A stretch of DNA of 64,000 nt, taken from Octopus sinensis (Eukaryota). The notes under the pieces were generated by a model that saw only the letters and a list, made by a program, of their open reading frames with translations, searched no databases and was not told the origin of the DNA. The stretch is taken from NCBI RefSeq assembly GCF_006345805.1, contig NC_042997.1, positions 88,598,001-88,662,000 of the forward strand, given 5' to 3'. Positions 42,715-56,040 of the stretch are shown one piece after another; position 1 is the first letter of the stretch, and the number at the start of each line of letters is the position of its first letter. Made by a program: the position numbers and the translations under genes.

Positions 42715-43160
42715 ACGAAGGTAAAGAACGTGTGTCACCAGACAGGTTTTTCTGCATGCATATTTAAATTGTATAATATTACAAACAATAACTCTGAGCA
42801 CCTTTTCAAACTCCACCCATCTAACACCCGTCTACATGTTTACAAAGTTAGAAAACAGCACAGTTCCCATGACTTTCGGAAACATTTTTTCACGCTAAGA
42901 GTTGCTGAAGTATGGAACTAACTGCCGGCATCAGTTGTTAGTTATCGGAGCACTGCATCCTTCAAAACTTCCATGCTTCCTGAGATTCACCAACACTACA
43001 CCTGGTTTTCTTCCCTCCATACACACGCAAGCATGTATCTGACTCATACACTGTTCACTTTCCAGACATTTGTACATTACTGCATATGCTTTATACGCAC
43101 TTTTGACAAGTTGTGGTGCACCTGAGTACTGTATACAATAATTTCATTATTATTATTATT
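42715..43160 (+). mobile_element. CR1-type LINE 3' end with (ATT)n tail; shorter copy at 35160-35345
   Basis: HPSNTR..RKQHSSHDFRKHFFTLRVAEVWN; 3' UTR ending ctgtatacaataatttcattattatt. Confidence 0.85.
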
Positions 43161-43799
43161 ATAACAAAGAATTTAGTAAAATAACTTAGTTATCATTCAG
43201 CTAGTGTTACGAACATAAATTGTAACTAAGGTTTGGTGGAAGATTTTAATTCAAAACTTATGAAAACAATACATTTATACTCAGAGCCAGAGCCGGTTTT
43301 AGCCAGGTTGGTATCAAAAGGGTTAAACCTCTATAACTTTTTTAAAACATTTTTCTGGAAAAAATGAAATAACTCCAGCAATTCAGTTTGAGCAAGTGTA
43401 TTATTGTGCCAAATTTTAAAATTTTCGGTAAACTTTAATTTTTAGAGCCGCTGGCAATCAAACAGAAACAATCCATTTTTTTTTTAACTTTAAATTTTTC
43501 TTTAAGAAATATTCAATGTCCCTTTTTCACCACACCCACCCATCACCTCCAGCTTTCAAAAAAACTAAAAACTCAGAATGATTCACTTTTGTCTGATGTT
43601 TCACGCATGCTACTGAAACAGCAGACGTCTAAAATATCAGACCAGCACCAGAAAACCCGACATGCTAGAAACAACAGCTAAATGACATTATTTCTAGGAA
43701 AACTCTCCCGCTTTCCGAAAAACTAAAAGTGAAACATTCGGACGTGATGTGTAGAGGTTAGGGAAGGGGATTTCAGTGTTTCTTAAGGAAAATAAAATA

Positions 43800-44420
43800 A
43801 TGGCAAGACTTCCTTTTCTACCCCCCCCCCAAAAAAAAACACCCCTTTTTTACTTAGTTTTTTTCCTTTTCCTACACAAACCCCCATTTTCGGCTACGGA
43901 GAATACGAATCTGCAAAAAATTTGGCAAAAATCGGCATTTTGAAATCCCCCCCCCTCCCTCCGCTAAATTCTTCATTTAAAACTTTTTTCAGAATTTTTT
44001 TTTTTTCAAAATATGCAAAGAAATAGGGAGATTATGATTCGGAAAAAAAAGTTTCTAGTTAGGGTTTTAGGGTTAGGGTTACGGAAAAAAGTGAAAAATG
44101 AAGAAATTGGGGGGGGGGGGCAAAAAATTCAAAATTCCGATTTTTTGCAATTTTCCGGAATCTCCGTATCCGAAAACGGGTTTTTGGAAAAAATAAGTTT
44201 TGAAAACAAGACAATAATTTGCGAGAAAAATGGGGTGGTGGACGGGAGGAAGTCTTTCCAAAATAATTCACAGAATAGTAATCTCTGTATTTTTCTACAA
44301 GGATTAAAAAAATTGGGGAGGGTGGGGGAAAATTAAAATTTTGAAAACGTGATTTTTGGCCAAAACTGTATTCTCCAATATCGAAAACAGAAATCCGAAA
44401 AAAGTTTTGAAAAAAAAAAC
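43800..44420. mobile_element. Homopolymer-rich non-autonomous DNA transposon remnant related to 39995-40814
   Basis: Four copies of the GGAGA(A/T)TACGAAT-like motif in both orientations (about 43898, 44027, 44160, 44370). Confidence 0.5.
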
Positions 44421-45241
44421 ACCGATAATGAGTGGTGTACACATTCTTTACTTCCGTCCTATTTTTTTCTCTAGTTATATCTTACTGGCTTTTAATAAAT
44501 AGAGAAGGATCCATTGAGTAATGAGCAAAAAATAGAAAGCAAAATTACCATTAAATGAAACGATACTAGTTTGACAAAATGAACGTGAAACGATTAACAC
44601 TAGTATCACCTTTGACAGGACTATTGCGGTGCTTTGGAGCCAACATTTTAAAAGTTTACCTTAATACCAGAAATAGCCGATAGATTTCTCTCAACATTCT
44701 ACTGTGTTTCAAAAAGATAGGAGTAATGAATGAAGGAAGTTTGCCATCTACTAAACGAAATGATATTAGTTTGGCAAAATGAAAGTGAAGCGTTGAACTT
44801 TAGGTTCGCCCTTGAATCCATTATTTCATAAGATAACCTTAAAAATGAACTGTCTTACATAAATGATTTTATTTTGTTGTGATTGTTGGTATTATTGTTA
44901 CACATTTAAACTATGGTGCAAGTGAGGTTTTATATGTTTACTCGACATACTTACAATAGCAGCGAAATATCTTTCAAATCCTGTACTGTCTTTGACAATA
45001 CTGATACATTGGATTTGTAGGGACTGCACTTGGCACTGTCTGAGACTTGAAACCAAATCTTCCTGCTTGTTTTGACAAACAACAAGCAGATAGATTTGGT
45101 TTGAGAAAACGATGGGAGTAGTTATTGACGAGTATCTTATTTTTGAATTTGTTCATAAAGAGTAGTGACATTGTTGTCTACGATGACATTAGTACATATA
45201 CTACAAAAGCTGTCGAAAAACACTTTGAGTATTATCTAAAT

Positions 45242-47713
45242 CAGTGGTTCTCAACTGGTGTCCATATGGCCCTTGGATGTTCTTATAAGGTTTAGTTCTA
45301 AAAAATTAGATGCAATAAATAAATCAATTATGCTTCTACAAACAGAAAAATTAATGCTTTTTAATGAAACTCTCAACAAATAACTGCTTAGATCTTGTAG
45401 ATTGAGTGTATGTAACAATTTGTTGCCAAAAAATTTTCCGCGGGCTTGGGGAGAGAAGTTTCGGAAAATTCACAGGACCCTATACCTTTCAAACAGTATA
45501 GATTATGATTACAAAGAAATTTGTTGACAAAATTTTTTGCAAGGGAACGATGGGGAGGAGTTTCGGATTAGATGGTCCACATAAGCTGGAATTTCTCCGT
45601 TTTGACGGGGATTTTTTCCAATTTTGTTTTCACCACAATCTTTGGAATTATGGGAGGCATCTTTTCACATAAAAAAAAACATATTTTGAAATTTATGATT
45701 TTTTTTACGCCCGCCAGTCCGACTGATTTTGGCCATTTTTTTTTCCCTACATGGAGAAACATTTTCGGTTAAATTTTCAGAGGAAAATGTGTGATTTAAA
45801 GGAGATCTGGCTGTTTTTTCTAGCACATCCCAATACGTCCCTCCTCATTTCTCATTCTCTCATCTATTGATGTTTTTCAATATTTTACTTCCAATAAAGC
45901 AGCGAGCTGGCAGAAACGTTAGCACGCCTGGCAAAACGCTTTAACGATATTTTGTCTGTTTTTACATTCTGAGTTTAAATACTGCCAAGGTCAACTTTGC
46001 CTTTCTTCCTTTCGGGATCAATTAAATAAGTACCAGTTACGCACTGGGATTGATGTAATCGACTTAATCCCTTTGTCTTGTCCTTGTTTCTGCCCTCTAT
46101 ATTTAGCTCCCTGTGGGCAATAAAGAAATAAATATTTTACTTACAATAAACACATTTTATGGAATGATGATGCCAAAGTAACACACGTGTGGTCCATTGC
46201 TGTGCAAGGAAAAAAGAAATGGTAATTGAAATTTTTACTTGCACCCCAGCCATGTGTATAAGAAAAAGGATCTTTTTTTTTGGTTGCCAACGGCTCCAAA
46301 AATTAAAGAATGTGTTTGTGGCATACAACTGGCTAAAATTACCAAAGTTTTCGAACTTTAATTACTAATAACTCTTTATTTATTGATTTATAGCGAAAAG
46401 TACTTTCACATCATTAATTAGCCTATAAAAGTGTATCATTACACTCAGTGGTGGACTGGGTCTAAAAATATTGGTTACCAGGAGACTAAGGGGGCCCACT
46501 CGCAATTACAATGCTATCATTTAGTTAGTTTCTTTGTTTTGGGGGGGTTTTTTGTCAAAAGTATTCTTTTCAGCTGACTATAAACACAACCCAGGCTGAA
46601 ATAATGCATTCTTTCAAGAATAAAAAATTCCCAAACTTGAAGGGATGAGCTCCTTAGATACTAACATGGGACCCCATATATGGATTCTAATGGCACAGGG
46701 GGCCACTTAACATTGGGCAAGCTGGCAACCTGGCCAGTCTGCCATTGATTAAACTGAATATGAAATCAGTTCGAGCAGAAAATTTATGCTGGCAGCTGCT
46801 GGCAACCAAACAGAAAATATCCGGAAAAAACATTTTCTAACAGAAAATTATGCTATCAAAATAAATCACTCTGGATAAATCCTGGCAATAATCTTCTCAG
46901 GCTCTCCAATATTTTAGAATTATAAACAGAAACAATCTGGGGCAGGGATAAATTTTCAAATTTTTCTTTTTTTTTTTGCGGCATAAATATGTTTATGGGG
47001 GAAAATATTGAAAAACACCAATACATATTTGAGAGAGAAAAAAACAAGGAGGGTGGTCTTGGGATGTGTTAGAAACTCCCTTAAATCACACATTTTCCTT
47101 TTTTTAACTGAAAATGTTTCCCCCCATGGGTTTTAAGTATGTAGTGGAAAAAAAAATTGGCCAAAATCAGTCTGGACTGGGGTGGTGCAAGTGAAAAAAA
47201 ACATAAATTTTCAAAATTATTATTTTTTTCTTTGTGAAAAGATGCCTCCCATCACTCTGAAGACTGTGGTGAAAAAAATTGGCAAAAAATTCCCTTCAAA
47301 ATGGAGAAATTCCAATTTATGTGGGCCATCTGATCTTAAACTCTGCCTCCTTGCAAAAAATTTTGCCAACAAATTTCTTTGTAATCATAATCTATACCAT
47401 TTGAAAGGTATTTGCATAAAATTTCATTAAAAGATACCTATTTTCCTGGAAGGTATGAGGTAACAAACTCGGTGGTCTACACCTGAAAGTTATGAGGGGG
47501 AAAATGGGTTGTGTGAATTTTTCAAAACTTCTCTCCCCAACCTCTCAGAAAAATTTTTGGCAACAAATCATTACATACACTCAATCTACAGGATCTAAGC
47601 AGTTATCTTTTGAAAGTTTTGTTCTGGAAGTTATGAGGCAACAAAGTTGGGGTGGGGTTTCACATCTGTAGTTATGCCAAGGTCCATAGGAAAAAAATGG
47701 TTGAGAATCACTG
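45242..47713. mobile_element. hAT-type non-autonomous element with nested inserts and long internal inverted arms
   Basis: TIRs cagtggttctcaac / gttgagaatcactg (13/14 match); 8-bp TSD atctaaat at 45234-45241 and 48109-48116; arms about 45380-45845 versus 47050-47615. Confidence 0.8.
46446..46747. mobile_element. hAT MITE (302 bp) nested in the larger hAT element
   Basis: TIRs cagtggtggactgg / ccagtctgccattg; 8-bp TSD attacact / attaaact (7/8). Confidence 0.75.
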
Positions 47714-48108
47714 ATACTCTTTTACTTGTTTCAGTCATTTTACTGCAGCCATGCTGGAGCACCACCTTTAGTCGAGCAAATCAACTCCTGGACTTATTCT
47801 TTGTAAGCCTAGTACTTATTCTATCGGTCTTTTTTGCCGAACTGTTATGGGGAAGTAAACACACCACCATCGGTTGTCAAGCGATGTTGGGGGGACAAAC
47901 ACTGACACACAAACATATACACACACATACATATATATATATGCGACAGGCTTCTTTCAGTTTCTGTCTACCAAATCCACTCACAAGGCTTTGGTCAGCC
48001 CGAGGCTATAGTAGAAGACACTTACCCGAGGTGTCACGCAGTGGGACTGAACCTGGAACCATGTGGTTGGTAAGCAAGCTACTTACCACACAGCCACTCC
48101 TGCGCCTG
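47714..48108 (-). mobile_element. Full-length tRNA-derived SINE (octopus OK/OR-like)
   Basis: Minus head caggcgcaggagtggctgtgtggtaag..ggttccaggttcagtcccactg with A/B boxes, internal (CA)/(TA) run, tail aagtaaaagagta. Confidence 0.85.
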
Positions 48109-48699
48109 ATCTAAATGATTTTGTTGGAAAACAATGATTTGGGAAGAAACATCTTTTAATGATTGGAGATAGAACTAAATAAAGCAGTGTCAATATGCTA
48201 CTGAGCAATCTGAAAAATAACATCTTCATAACAGCTCATCTCAAGACTTAAGATACTCTTTACTATTCTGTTATGAAGCATGATTTGGTCACTGGATGAC
48301 AAGGCTCGTTTAAATATGTGTGTGTGTGTGTGTGTGTGGAAGAGAGAAATCATATTGTTTGTAGCACTTCACTCATCATTTTTATCATTAGAATGACAAA
48401 TTAATTCAGGATTATGATTTCTTTCATTTCTTTTTTTTTTTTTTTTGTTAATATATATCCATTTCTAATTCTGTACACCAATTGTTTAGCCACAAGTCAG
48501 CCCTGATTGAGCAGACCTATGACCAAAGCATTCCAGTTGTGATTATCCCAACTTATTTTCAGATCATTTATCCAAGACTGTCATCCAAATAGTGTCTGTT
48601 CTCTTCCTAAAGATGGAATGATGTGGTTTGAGGAGATCTTAGCTGGTGATGTGGTGGTTCTAGCAAGTTGAGTGACTATGTAGAAGTTCTTTCAGGGAT

Positions 48700-49400
48700 G
48701 AATTTCATGCAGGTGTAGTTTAAAAAGTATGAGTCAGAGGATGGATCTTTGTGTGCTCCATTTGTGAAATTGAAAATTCTGGATGTGTTTTTATATTAAT
48801 CTAAGTCTGGCAAACTGAGTGTTGTTTATGAAGGAAGTGTTTAGTATTTTGTATATAAATGAATAGTGAGTAATGGATTAAAAGCTTTGCTGATATCTGA
48901 TAATTAGGGTAGTAGGGAGGTTGGTATAGTTAAAACAATTATAATTTTTATACAATGTTTGTGTGTAGCATGGTATTCTTAATCCATGTATTGATTTGTA
49001 GAGAAAATTATGTAGTTAACGATATCAAGAATGTATCATTTAAAAATGTTTGAGAGTGTGCAAAGGAAGGTGATCAATTTGATGCTACTTGAAATTTCCT
49101 TAATGTTTTTCTGGAGTCTTCTAGAAGGAAGTGGGGTTGAATTCCTTAGCCAGTGAAGGAGTATCAACACTACTTGCTAGAACTGACACCCTAATGTATT
49201 TAAAAAGTTTGGTCTTCCAGTTTAAAATGGATGAATATACTGGATATGATATGCCAAGAAAACAAGAACAAAAGGATGAGATTGTCACAGCTTGAACTGA
49301 ATGCTTGTCAATAAAAATTTGACAAGGTAGTGGTCCAAGTAACATTCAGTACAACACTGAAGTTGAAGTAAAATGGATGAAAGCATAAAACCCTGACCAT
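48700..49400 (-). mobile_element. Highly decayed LINE RT fragment
   Basis: LLGPLPCQIFID resembles the VLGPLLFxIFIND motif of CR1/L2 RTs; many stops. Confidence 0.4.
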
Positions 49401-52400
49401 GTCATAAATCTGTTCAAGTCTGTTAAAGTCATGCTTCTCAATGGGGTGTTTAATTTTATATATCTCAGTTCTAACTCCTGAGAAAGAGATACAAGATCAG
49501 CTTAAAAAGATACAGGTATTTCAGCCAAGAGAAGAAAAACAAAATAAATGACTGAGGGATAAAGATTTTAAGATGCTGAAGATCATCTTTTATATTATTA
49601 TCATTGCTGTGTTTTTGCTTCAAACATACATTGGAAGAGTCCATACAATAATTTTCATTATATGTGTTCCCATTGTTCATATTAAATATAAAATTATCAT
49701 TTTTGTAAAGGTCTTCACACTTTACTTGAAATGCTGAATAGAGGTGTCCCCTAATTACTTCATTCCATTCCTTTGTTCTTGCTATATGATGCCTCTCTGA
49801 CAGACAATCGTTGTATAATTTACTTTTGTTTTTCTTGCATTCCTAATTGCACCACAACCAAAAAATATACTGAACAACCATTGTCATCCTCATCGTCTTT
49901 CTTGTATTAACATCTGTTTTCCATACTTTCATGGATTGGAGATGTCAGCAGTACAGCATGTTACTATTACTCTTTTTTTTTTTACTAACTACTGAAGGAG
50001 ATTATTTGTAGCTTTTTGTCCTCATTTCATAAACTTTGGTAGAGTGAGAGAATGAGATGGCTGGATGATTAATAGTGAAGTCAGGAGTGTCTTGAGGTTA
50101 GAACAGTTATGATTGTTATAACTGAAGAAGAGGCAGATATTAATTTTGGGGTTGGAATAGGATTCTGTCAGGCATTTTAGCTCTGAGGTGAGAAGTATGC
50201 TTCTCGACCATATAGTTATGGGTTCAGTTTCACTAGTCCCAGGCTAACCAAACCCTTGTGAGTAGATTTGGTAGATGGAAACCAAACAAAGCCCATGTAT
50301 AATATGTGTGTGTGTCTTTGTGTTTGTCCTCCACCACTACTTCACAACCAGTGTTTGTTTGTTTATGTCCTCATAACTTAGAACTTTGGCAAAAGTAACT
50401 CATAGAGAAAGTACCAGGATTTTTAAAAAAATTAAGTACTTGGAGTGATTTGTTCATCTAAACCTTTCAAGGCATTACTCCAGCATGGCCACAGTCCAGT
50501 GGCTATAACAAATAAAAGATGAAGTATAAATCACATGACTGCAGGCACATTACTTAGGCTTTAGTTGACTGACAGTAAACCAGCTGAAAATAGATTACAA
50601 ATTGTTTCAGTCCAGTTGTCTCAAAAATTTTTCTTCTGTAACAGTAATTCTCACAAGTTCTATTTCATTTCTCTATGTTTACTATATACCTCAGGCCCCA
50701 TCTATCATCAGTAAGCAAATACATTTTTTGTCTTGTATAAAGAACTATTTGTCACCACTTTTAATTACACAACCTTTTCCTCATCTGTTACCAATTAGCA
50801 GTTCAGGATCTCTTGTATACAAATAACTACTATTCATCACATCTTTATTGCAGTATCCCCACTTACAATATAATGTCACTTTTTCCTTCACTGAATACAT
50901 ATTTTCATATTTTTACATTTTTTTTTTTTATATATCATGCATTTTATGATCAATGTCATTGGCTATGCACTTTCTTCTAATATATCATCTTAAGCACTTA
51001 GTTTAAGATATCAGAGGTATGGAGCATTGCTCAAAAGAGAGGATTTTTTATAGTCAGTTTGAGGTCCCAGTGGTTTTCTTTTCTATCATTTTCTTCTATA
51101 CTAAATATAGAAAATAATCTCTCACTGATAAAAGTGTATCTATGGTTGTGATTAGTGGTACATAACATTTAAACTCTTGCTTTCTATGCTTGACAAGAGA
51201 TATAACCTATTTAGAATTATCCCAAATGTACATATAGAATCACTAAAATAGTATTTATTTTTCTAAAGCATTTAGTCAAGAACTCATCTACTTTATATCA
51301 TCATCATTTAACATTCGTTTCCCATGCTGGACAGTTTGACAGGAACTGACAACAAACCAGGAGACTGCACCGAGTTCAGCTGTCTGCTTTGGCATGGTTT
51401 CTACAGCTGGATACCTTTCCTAACACTAACCACTTGACAGAGTGTACTGGGTATTTTTTTACATGGCACCAGCTGCAGTGAAATCACTAAGTAACTTGCG
51501 AGACAAAACTCTTCAAATGAGAGGGGGAGTAGTATTGAAAGTCTGAAAAGAAGTCTTGCCATAGTGGGGAAGTATGACTATCAGGTAGGGAGAGGGAGAG
51601 AAAGAGAGACACCAGTGAAGATGTGACAGTGGTGGTGGGACGTACACTCAAGTTACAATGAGGTGTATATAGTGAAACTGAGTGAAAGAACCTGTTTAAA
51701 TGAAAATATAAAAAAGGAGAAAGCAAAGTCTTCAGTGTGAGTATGTGGTTTGTGGGGTAGACTGTGTCCTCCACTTCATTTTTTGTGAATCACTCATTCT
51801 CATTTAATTGTATGTATTTTAATTGTTTGTTCATTCATACGGTTTGTCTCATTCCATACCCTGACCCCCAATGTTTGTTTCGTCTGTCCTCGTATAGTCC
51901 CCTCTTTTTCTCAACCTCATGGTTGATAAAGAAATTGATTGGGGATTGATGAGGGCGAGTGGGTGGGTAAGTTCTGGAGATGGAGGGCGAAGGAAATGCA
52001 ATGAGTTGGAACAGGTAGATGGTAGAGGTATTAATAGGATATGTTGTGGGAAGGAATTTGACTGGGACATATTGTGTGCAGATAGGTTTGTGAGTGAGAG
52101 TGAGATAGATGAGAGAAGACTACAATGATTGGTAAGTTGGTTGAAAAGAGTTGTTGTAGGGGAATGGTTTGTCAGAAACTATCTATCACTTTTAAGGATT
52201 CCACTGAACATTTGAGGAAATCTGTTTCCTGTAGATTCTTAGTGTTAATAGTTGCTACACAGTTACCACACACAAATATTACTTTATCTGTTAACCTTCC
52301 TGCAATTCCACTGCACCACTTATGTATCTATAGCCTGCACTAGGTACACTGTGTGGAATTTCTACGTATTGAGCATTGTAATTTCCCTGAAGGGAATAGT

Positions 52401-52624
52401 AATTTGTGTGCTTTCCTACTTATCAGTACTTTGGTTTTTGCTGAATTAACTTTAAGACATTTTGATTCCAGTCCTTGCTTCAACATCTGAAATTTCTTCT
52501 CAAATTCTAGTAGAGATTCAGCTATATGAACAAGGTCATTAGCATAGAGGAGCTTCCATGGGCAACCAATCTTAAATTTCTCTGTTATGGCTAGAGGACT
52601 ATGATAAACAAGACAGGGCTGAGA

Positions 52625-52785
<161 letters not shown>

Positions 52786-54523
52786 TCTCTTATTATAAAA
52801 GGCAGATTTTATCTGCCTCCCTTTGTATCTTATAGAAATCAACAATATAGGATTTCTTCAATTACAATTTACCTAGCATTTTTAAGAGTAGAATGCATCG
52901 GGTCGTGCCAGGTCCAGTTTTTAAAATTTCAACCCCAATTAAGCAAAATTTAGAGAAAACTCACATTGTGGTGTCTAAGTCAAATGCTTTTCTTAGTGTG
53001 GCCTACACCACACGCACATGCACACACACAGTGTGCAACGAATAAAGTGAAAGTAATTCACTTTTTGTAGTGAGTGACTATTTCACTCTGCCACTTCCTC
53101 TTTACACACATAGACACGCAAATATATAAATAAAATTGTAAGCTAACGTGTGTGTGCGTGTGCGTGAGTGTGTGACAGGAAAGTTTTTTAGGACGAATAT
53201 AAGACCTATATCCAAGTAGCAGAAAGATCGCCCAAAAGTGTATATAGATATTTAAATGTATTTATATATTCATCTATACACAGATGTATGTATAATGTGT
53301 GTGTATATATTTCCATAGAGGTAACTTTTCACTCCATACAAAGTTTTTTAGGACGAACATAAGATCTAAAGTATATATAAGTAGCAGAAAGATCGCCCAA
53401 AAGTGTATATAGATATTTAAATGTATTTATATATTCATCTATACACAGATGTATGTATAATGTGTGTGTATATATTTCCATAGACGTAACCATTCACTCC
53501 GCACAAAGTTTTTTAGGACGAAAATAAGATCTAAAGTTATCTCTAAGAAACAGAAAGATCGCCCAAAAGTGTATATAGATATTTAAATGTATTTATATAT
53601 TCATCTATACACACATGTATGTATAATGTGCGTGTATATATTTCCATAGAGGTAACCATTCAATCCATACAAAGTTTTTTAGGACGAAAATATTTATATA
53701 TAAAAGAAAGGTTGTGCGTCTGTCTACTCCGATTTAGATTCCTAACTACTCCCACATTGTGCGATGCAGTTTAACCAAAACCGGGTATCTTATAGTCGTG
53801 ATTCATATCGAGCCCTTCTGGGTATTAGCATGAGTCTATGATTTTACAAATAATTTACCATCATTTTTTCCATTTTAATGCATATTTTTTAATAAAGGGA
53901 AGTAACTCTCAAACTTCACACCAATATGCGTGCTCATATGCGACGTAATATCACATCAGCAGCATTTCCTCACACCCTCCTTGCACTTGGCGAAGGCAAA
54001 ATACCAGGGGATGAAAATGGTAATATTGCCATCGATTCCATTTGTACCATTGTTAAGACGCCTTCTGATCTCAGAGATGCAGTGTTCCCAGATCTACAAG
54101 CTAATTATCAGAATATGGATTGGATTGGCAAAAAGGCTATACTGGCCCCGAGGAATAAAACTGTTCACCATATTAATGATGAAATGCTAAAACTCATTCC
54201 TGGGGAAGTCTATGTATATCAGTCTATTGATACAACTCCTGACCCAGAGGACGTCATCAACTATCCAATAGAGGTACTCAATTCCTTTGAGCACCCCGGA
54301 CTACCACCACACTTTCTCAAACTTAAAGTTGGTGCCCCTATAATGCTCATCAGAAATTTGGTTCCCCCAAAACAATGCAATGGCACACGTTTGATCGTTA
54401 AGTCCTTATCTCCCACCGTAAGCTTATATCAATATTTGCCTGAATAATCATCATAATTCAGTGCAATCATTAACAGTACTTTCAAGCAATTCAGCCCCGA
54501 GCAACGCCGGGCAATTCTGCTAG
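52786..54523 (+). mobile_element. Non-autonomous Helitron copy A (1738 bp) with 165-bp array and Pif1 helicase fragment
   Basis: A|TC 5' end; 3' hairpin cccgagcaacgccggg then CTAG|T; ORF 53926-54447 (AILAPRN..NSFEHPGLPPHFLKLKVGAPIMLIRNL..CNGTRL) is Pif1/Helitron helicase. Confidence 0.93.
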
Positions 54524-54543
54524 TATATATATATATATATATA

Positions 54544-54585
<42 letters not shown>

Positions 54586-54588
54586 ATA

Positions 54589-54972
54589 CTAGCAGTATCG
54601 CCCGGCATTGCTCAGGTTTGTAAGGGAAATAATTATATAAGCATTTTTAGAGATGTAAAGTATAATAGCCATCTCAATATGGCTAACCACAAAGGGGGAG
54701 GGGTGTTACTGTAGCTTTTTACGTTCTGAGATTTAATAATAAATTTTAGAGAGTTACTTCCCTTATATATGTTAAAAATGGGAAAAATTGATGGTAAATT
54801 TTTTTTTTAATCATAGACTCATCGTAGACGCGCGCTAATACCCAGACGGTCTCGATATGAATCACGACTATAAGATACCCGGTTTTGGTTAAACTGCACC
54901 GCAAAATGTGGGAGTAGTTAGGAATCTAAATCATAGGAGACAGACACACAACCTCACTTTTATATATAAAGA
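54589..54972 (-). mobile_element. Short non-autonomous Helitron (384 bp), tail-to-tail with copy A
   Basis: Minus A|TCTTTATATATAAAAG 5' end at 54972; hairpin and CTAG at 54589-54592; inserted in (TA)n. Confidence 0.88.
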
Positions 54973-55035
54973 TTTCCTCTATTTACATAATATTGAGGTC
55001 TCTTTCTTTCTTTTGTTATCTTACTGTTTTTACCA

Positions 55036-55076
<41 letters not shown>

Positions 55077-55148
55077 TATATATAGTTACAGAGATGTACT
55101 TGCATAGCAAGTGACTTGATCTGAGATCGTGTGCTGGAACAAAAACAG

Positions 55149-55397
55149 TTGCAGCGTTGAAGGTGTTTATAAGCCATTTAAGAAACACACAAAAACACTT
55201 CAACATTTAAAGTTAATTTGTCAAAATATTTTCGTCGCTTTGAGACCGCGACCTGTTAGCACGATATTTTTGTCAGTGAACAGGTCGCGGTCTCAAAGCG
55301 AGGAAAATATTTTGGCAAATTAAATTTAAATGTTGAAGTGAATCTAACGGTTTTTGTGTGTTTCTTAAATGGCTTACAAACACCTTCCACGCTGCAA
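55149..55397. repeat. Foldback element, arms of about 110-120 bp with a 21-nt loop
   Basis: 55149-55257 is a near-perfect reverse complement of 55279-55397. Confidence 0.85.
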
Positions 55398-55754
55398 TAT
55401 ATATATACACACACATATATATATATATGTATGTATGTGTGTATATGTGTATGCATGTATGTGTGTGTGTGTGCGTGTCTGTGCTTGTGATTGTTCTCCA
55501 CCACTGCTTGACAACGAATGTTGGTTTGTTTACATCCCTGTCACCTAGTGGTTTGACAAAGGAAACAGATAGAATAAGTACAATGCTTACAAAAATAAAA
55601 CTGGAGTTGATTCATTAAACTACAATTCTTCAAGGCATTGCCCCAGCATGGCCACAGACCAATGGCTGGAAAAAGCAGAAGAATAAAAGAATACATTCTC
55701 TGCTTTGGTCTTATGTTCAAGGCATGAGAAAGCTTGAGTTTACATGAGAAGGCC

Positions 55755-56040
55755 TAACAGACCTGGTAAAAACAGCAGCCAAATCTCCCTCAAATCACAC
55801 CTTACTGTCTTATGTATGTATATATATATGAGCCAATGAGGGGGACCTCTACATGGTAGCTAGACCTGGTAGAAATAGCAGCCAAATTTCCCCCAAATCA
55901 CACCTTACTGTCTTATCTATGTATATATGTATGTATGAGCCTATGAGGGAGACCCCTACATGGCAGCTAGACATGGTAGAAATAGCAGCCAAATCTCCCT
56001 CAAATCACACCTTACTGTCTTATATATGTATATATATATA
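55755..56040 (+). repeat. Three tandem units of about 105 bp from a dispersed repeat (agaaatagcagccaaatctccctcaaatcacac)
   Basis: Units start near 55759, 55862 and 55970; the same motif is dispersed at about 2915, 41620 (-), 45810 (-) and 48630 (-). Confidence 0.75.

Noticed and set aside
44056-44082. TTAGGG-like repeats (possible telomerase RNA template or interstitial telomere)
   Set aside because: Only about three imperfect units, inside a homopolymer-rich transposon remnant; no pseudoknot or H/ACA context seen.
45105-45241. Open frame MGVVIDEYLIFEF...YYLN interrupted by the hAT insertion
   Set aside because: The continuation after the TSD (48117 onward) hits stops within a few codons and resembles nothing I recognise.
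51500-52200. Purine-rich tracts here and at 9340-9780 and 22560-23200 as Penelope RT/EN remnants
   Set aside because: Compositionally suggestive, but too decayed to show a convincing protein motif by eye.
53181-53690. CRISPR-like array
   Set aside because: Units are full tandem copies without unique spacers, and the context is eukaryotic.
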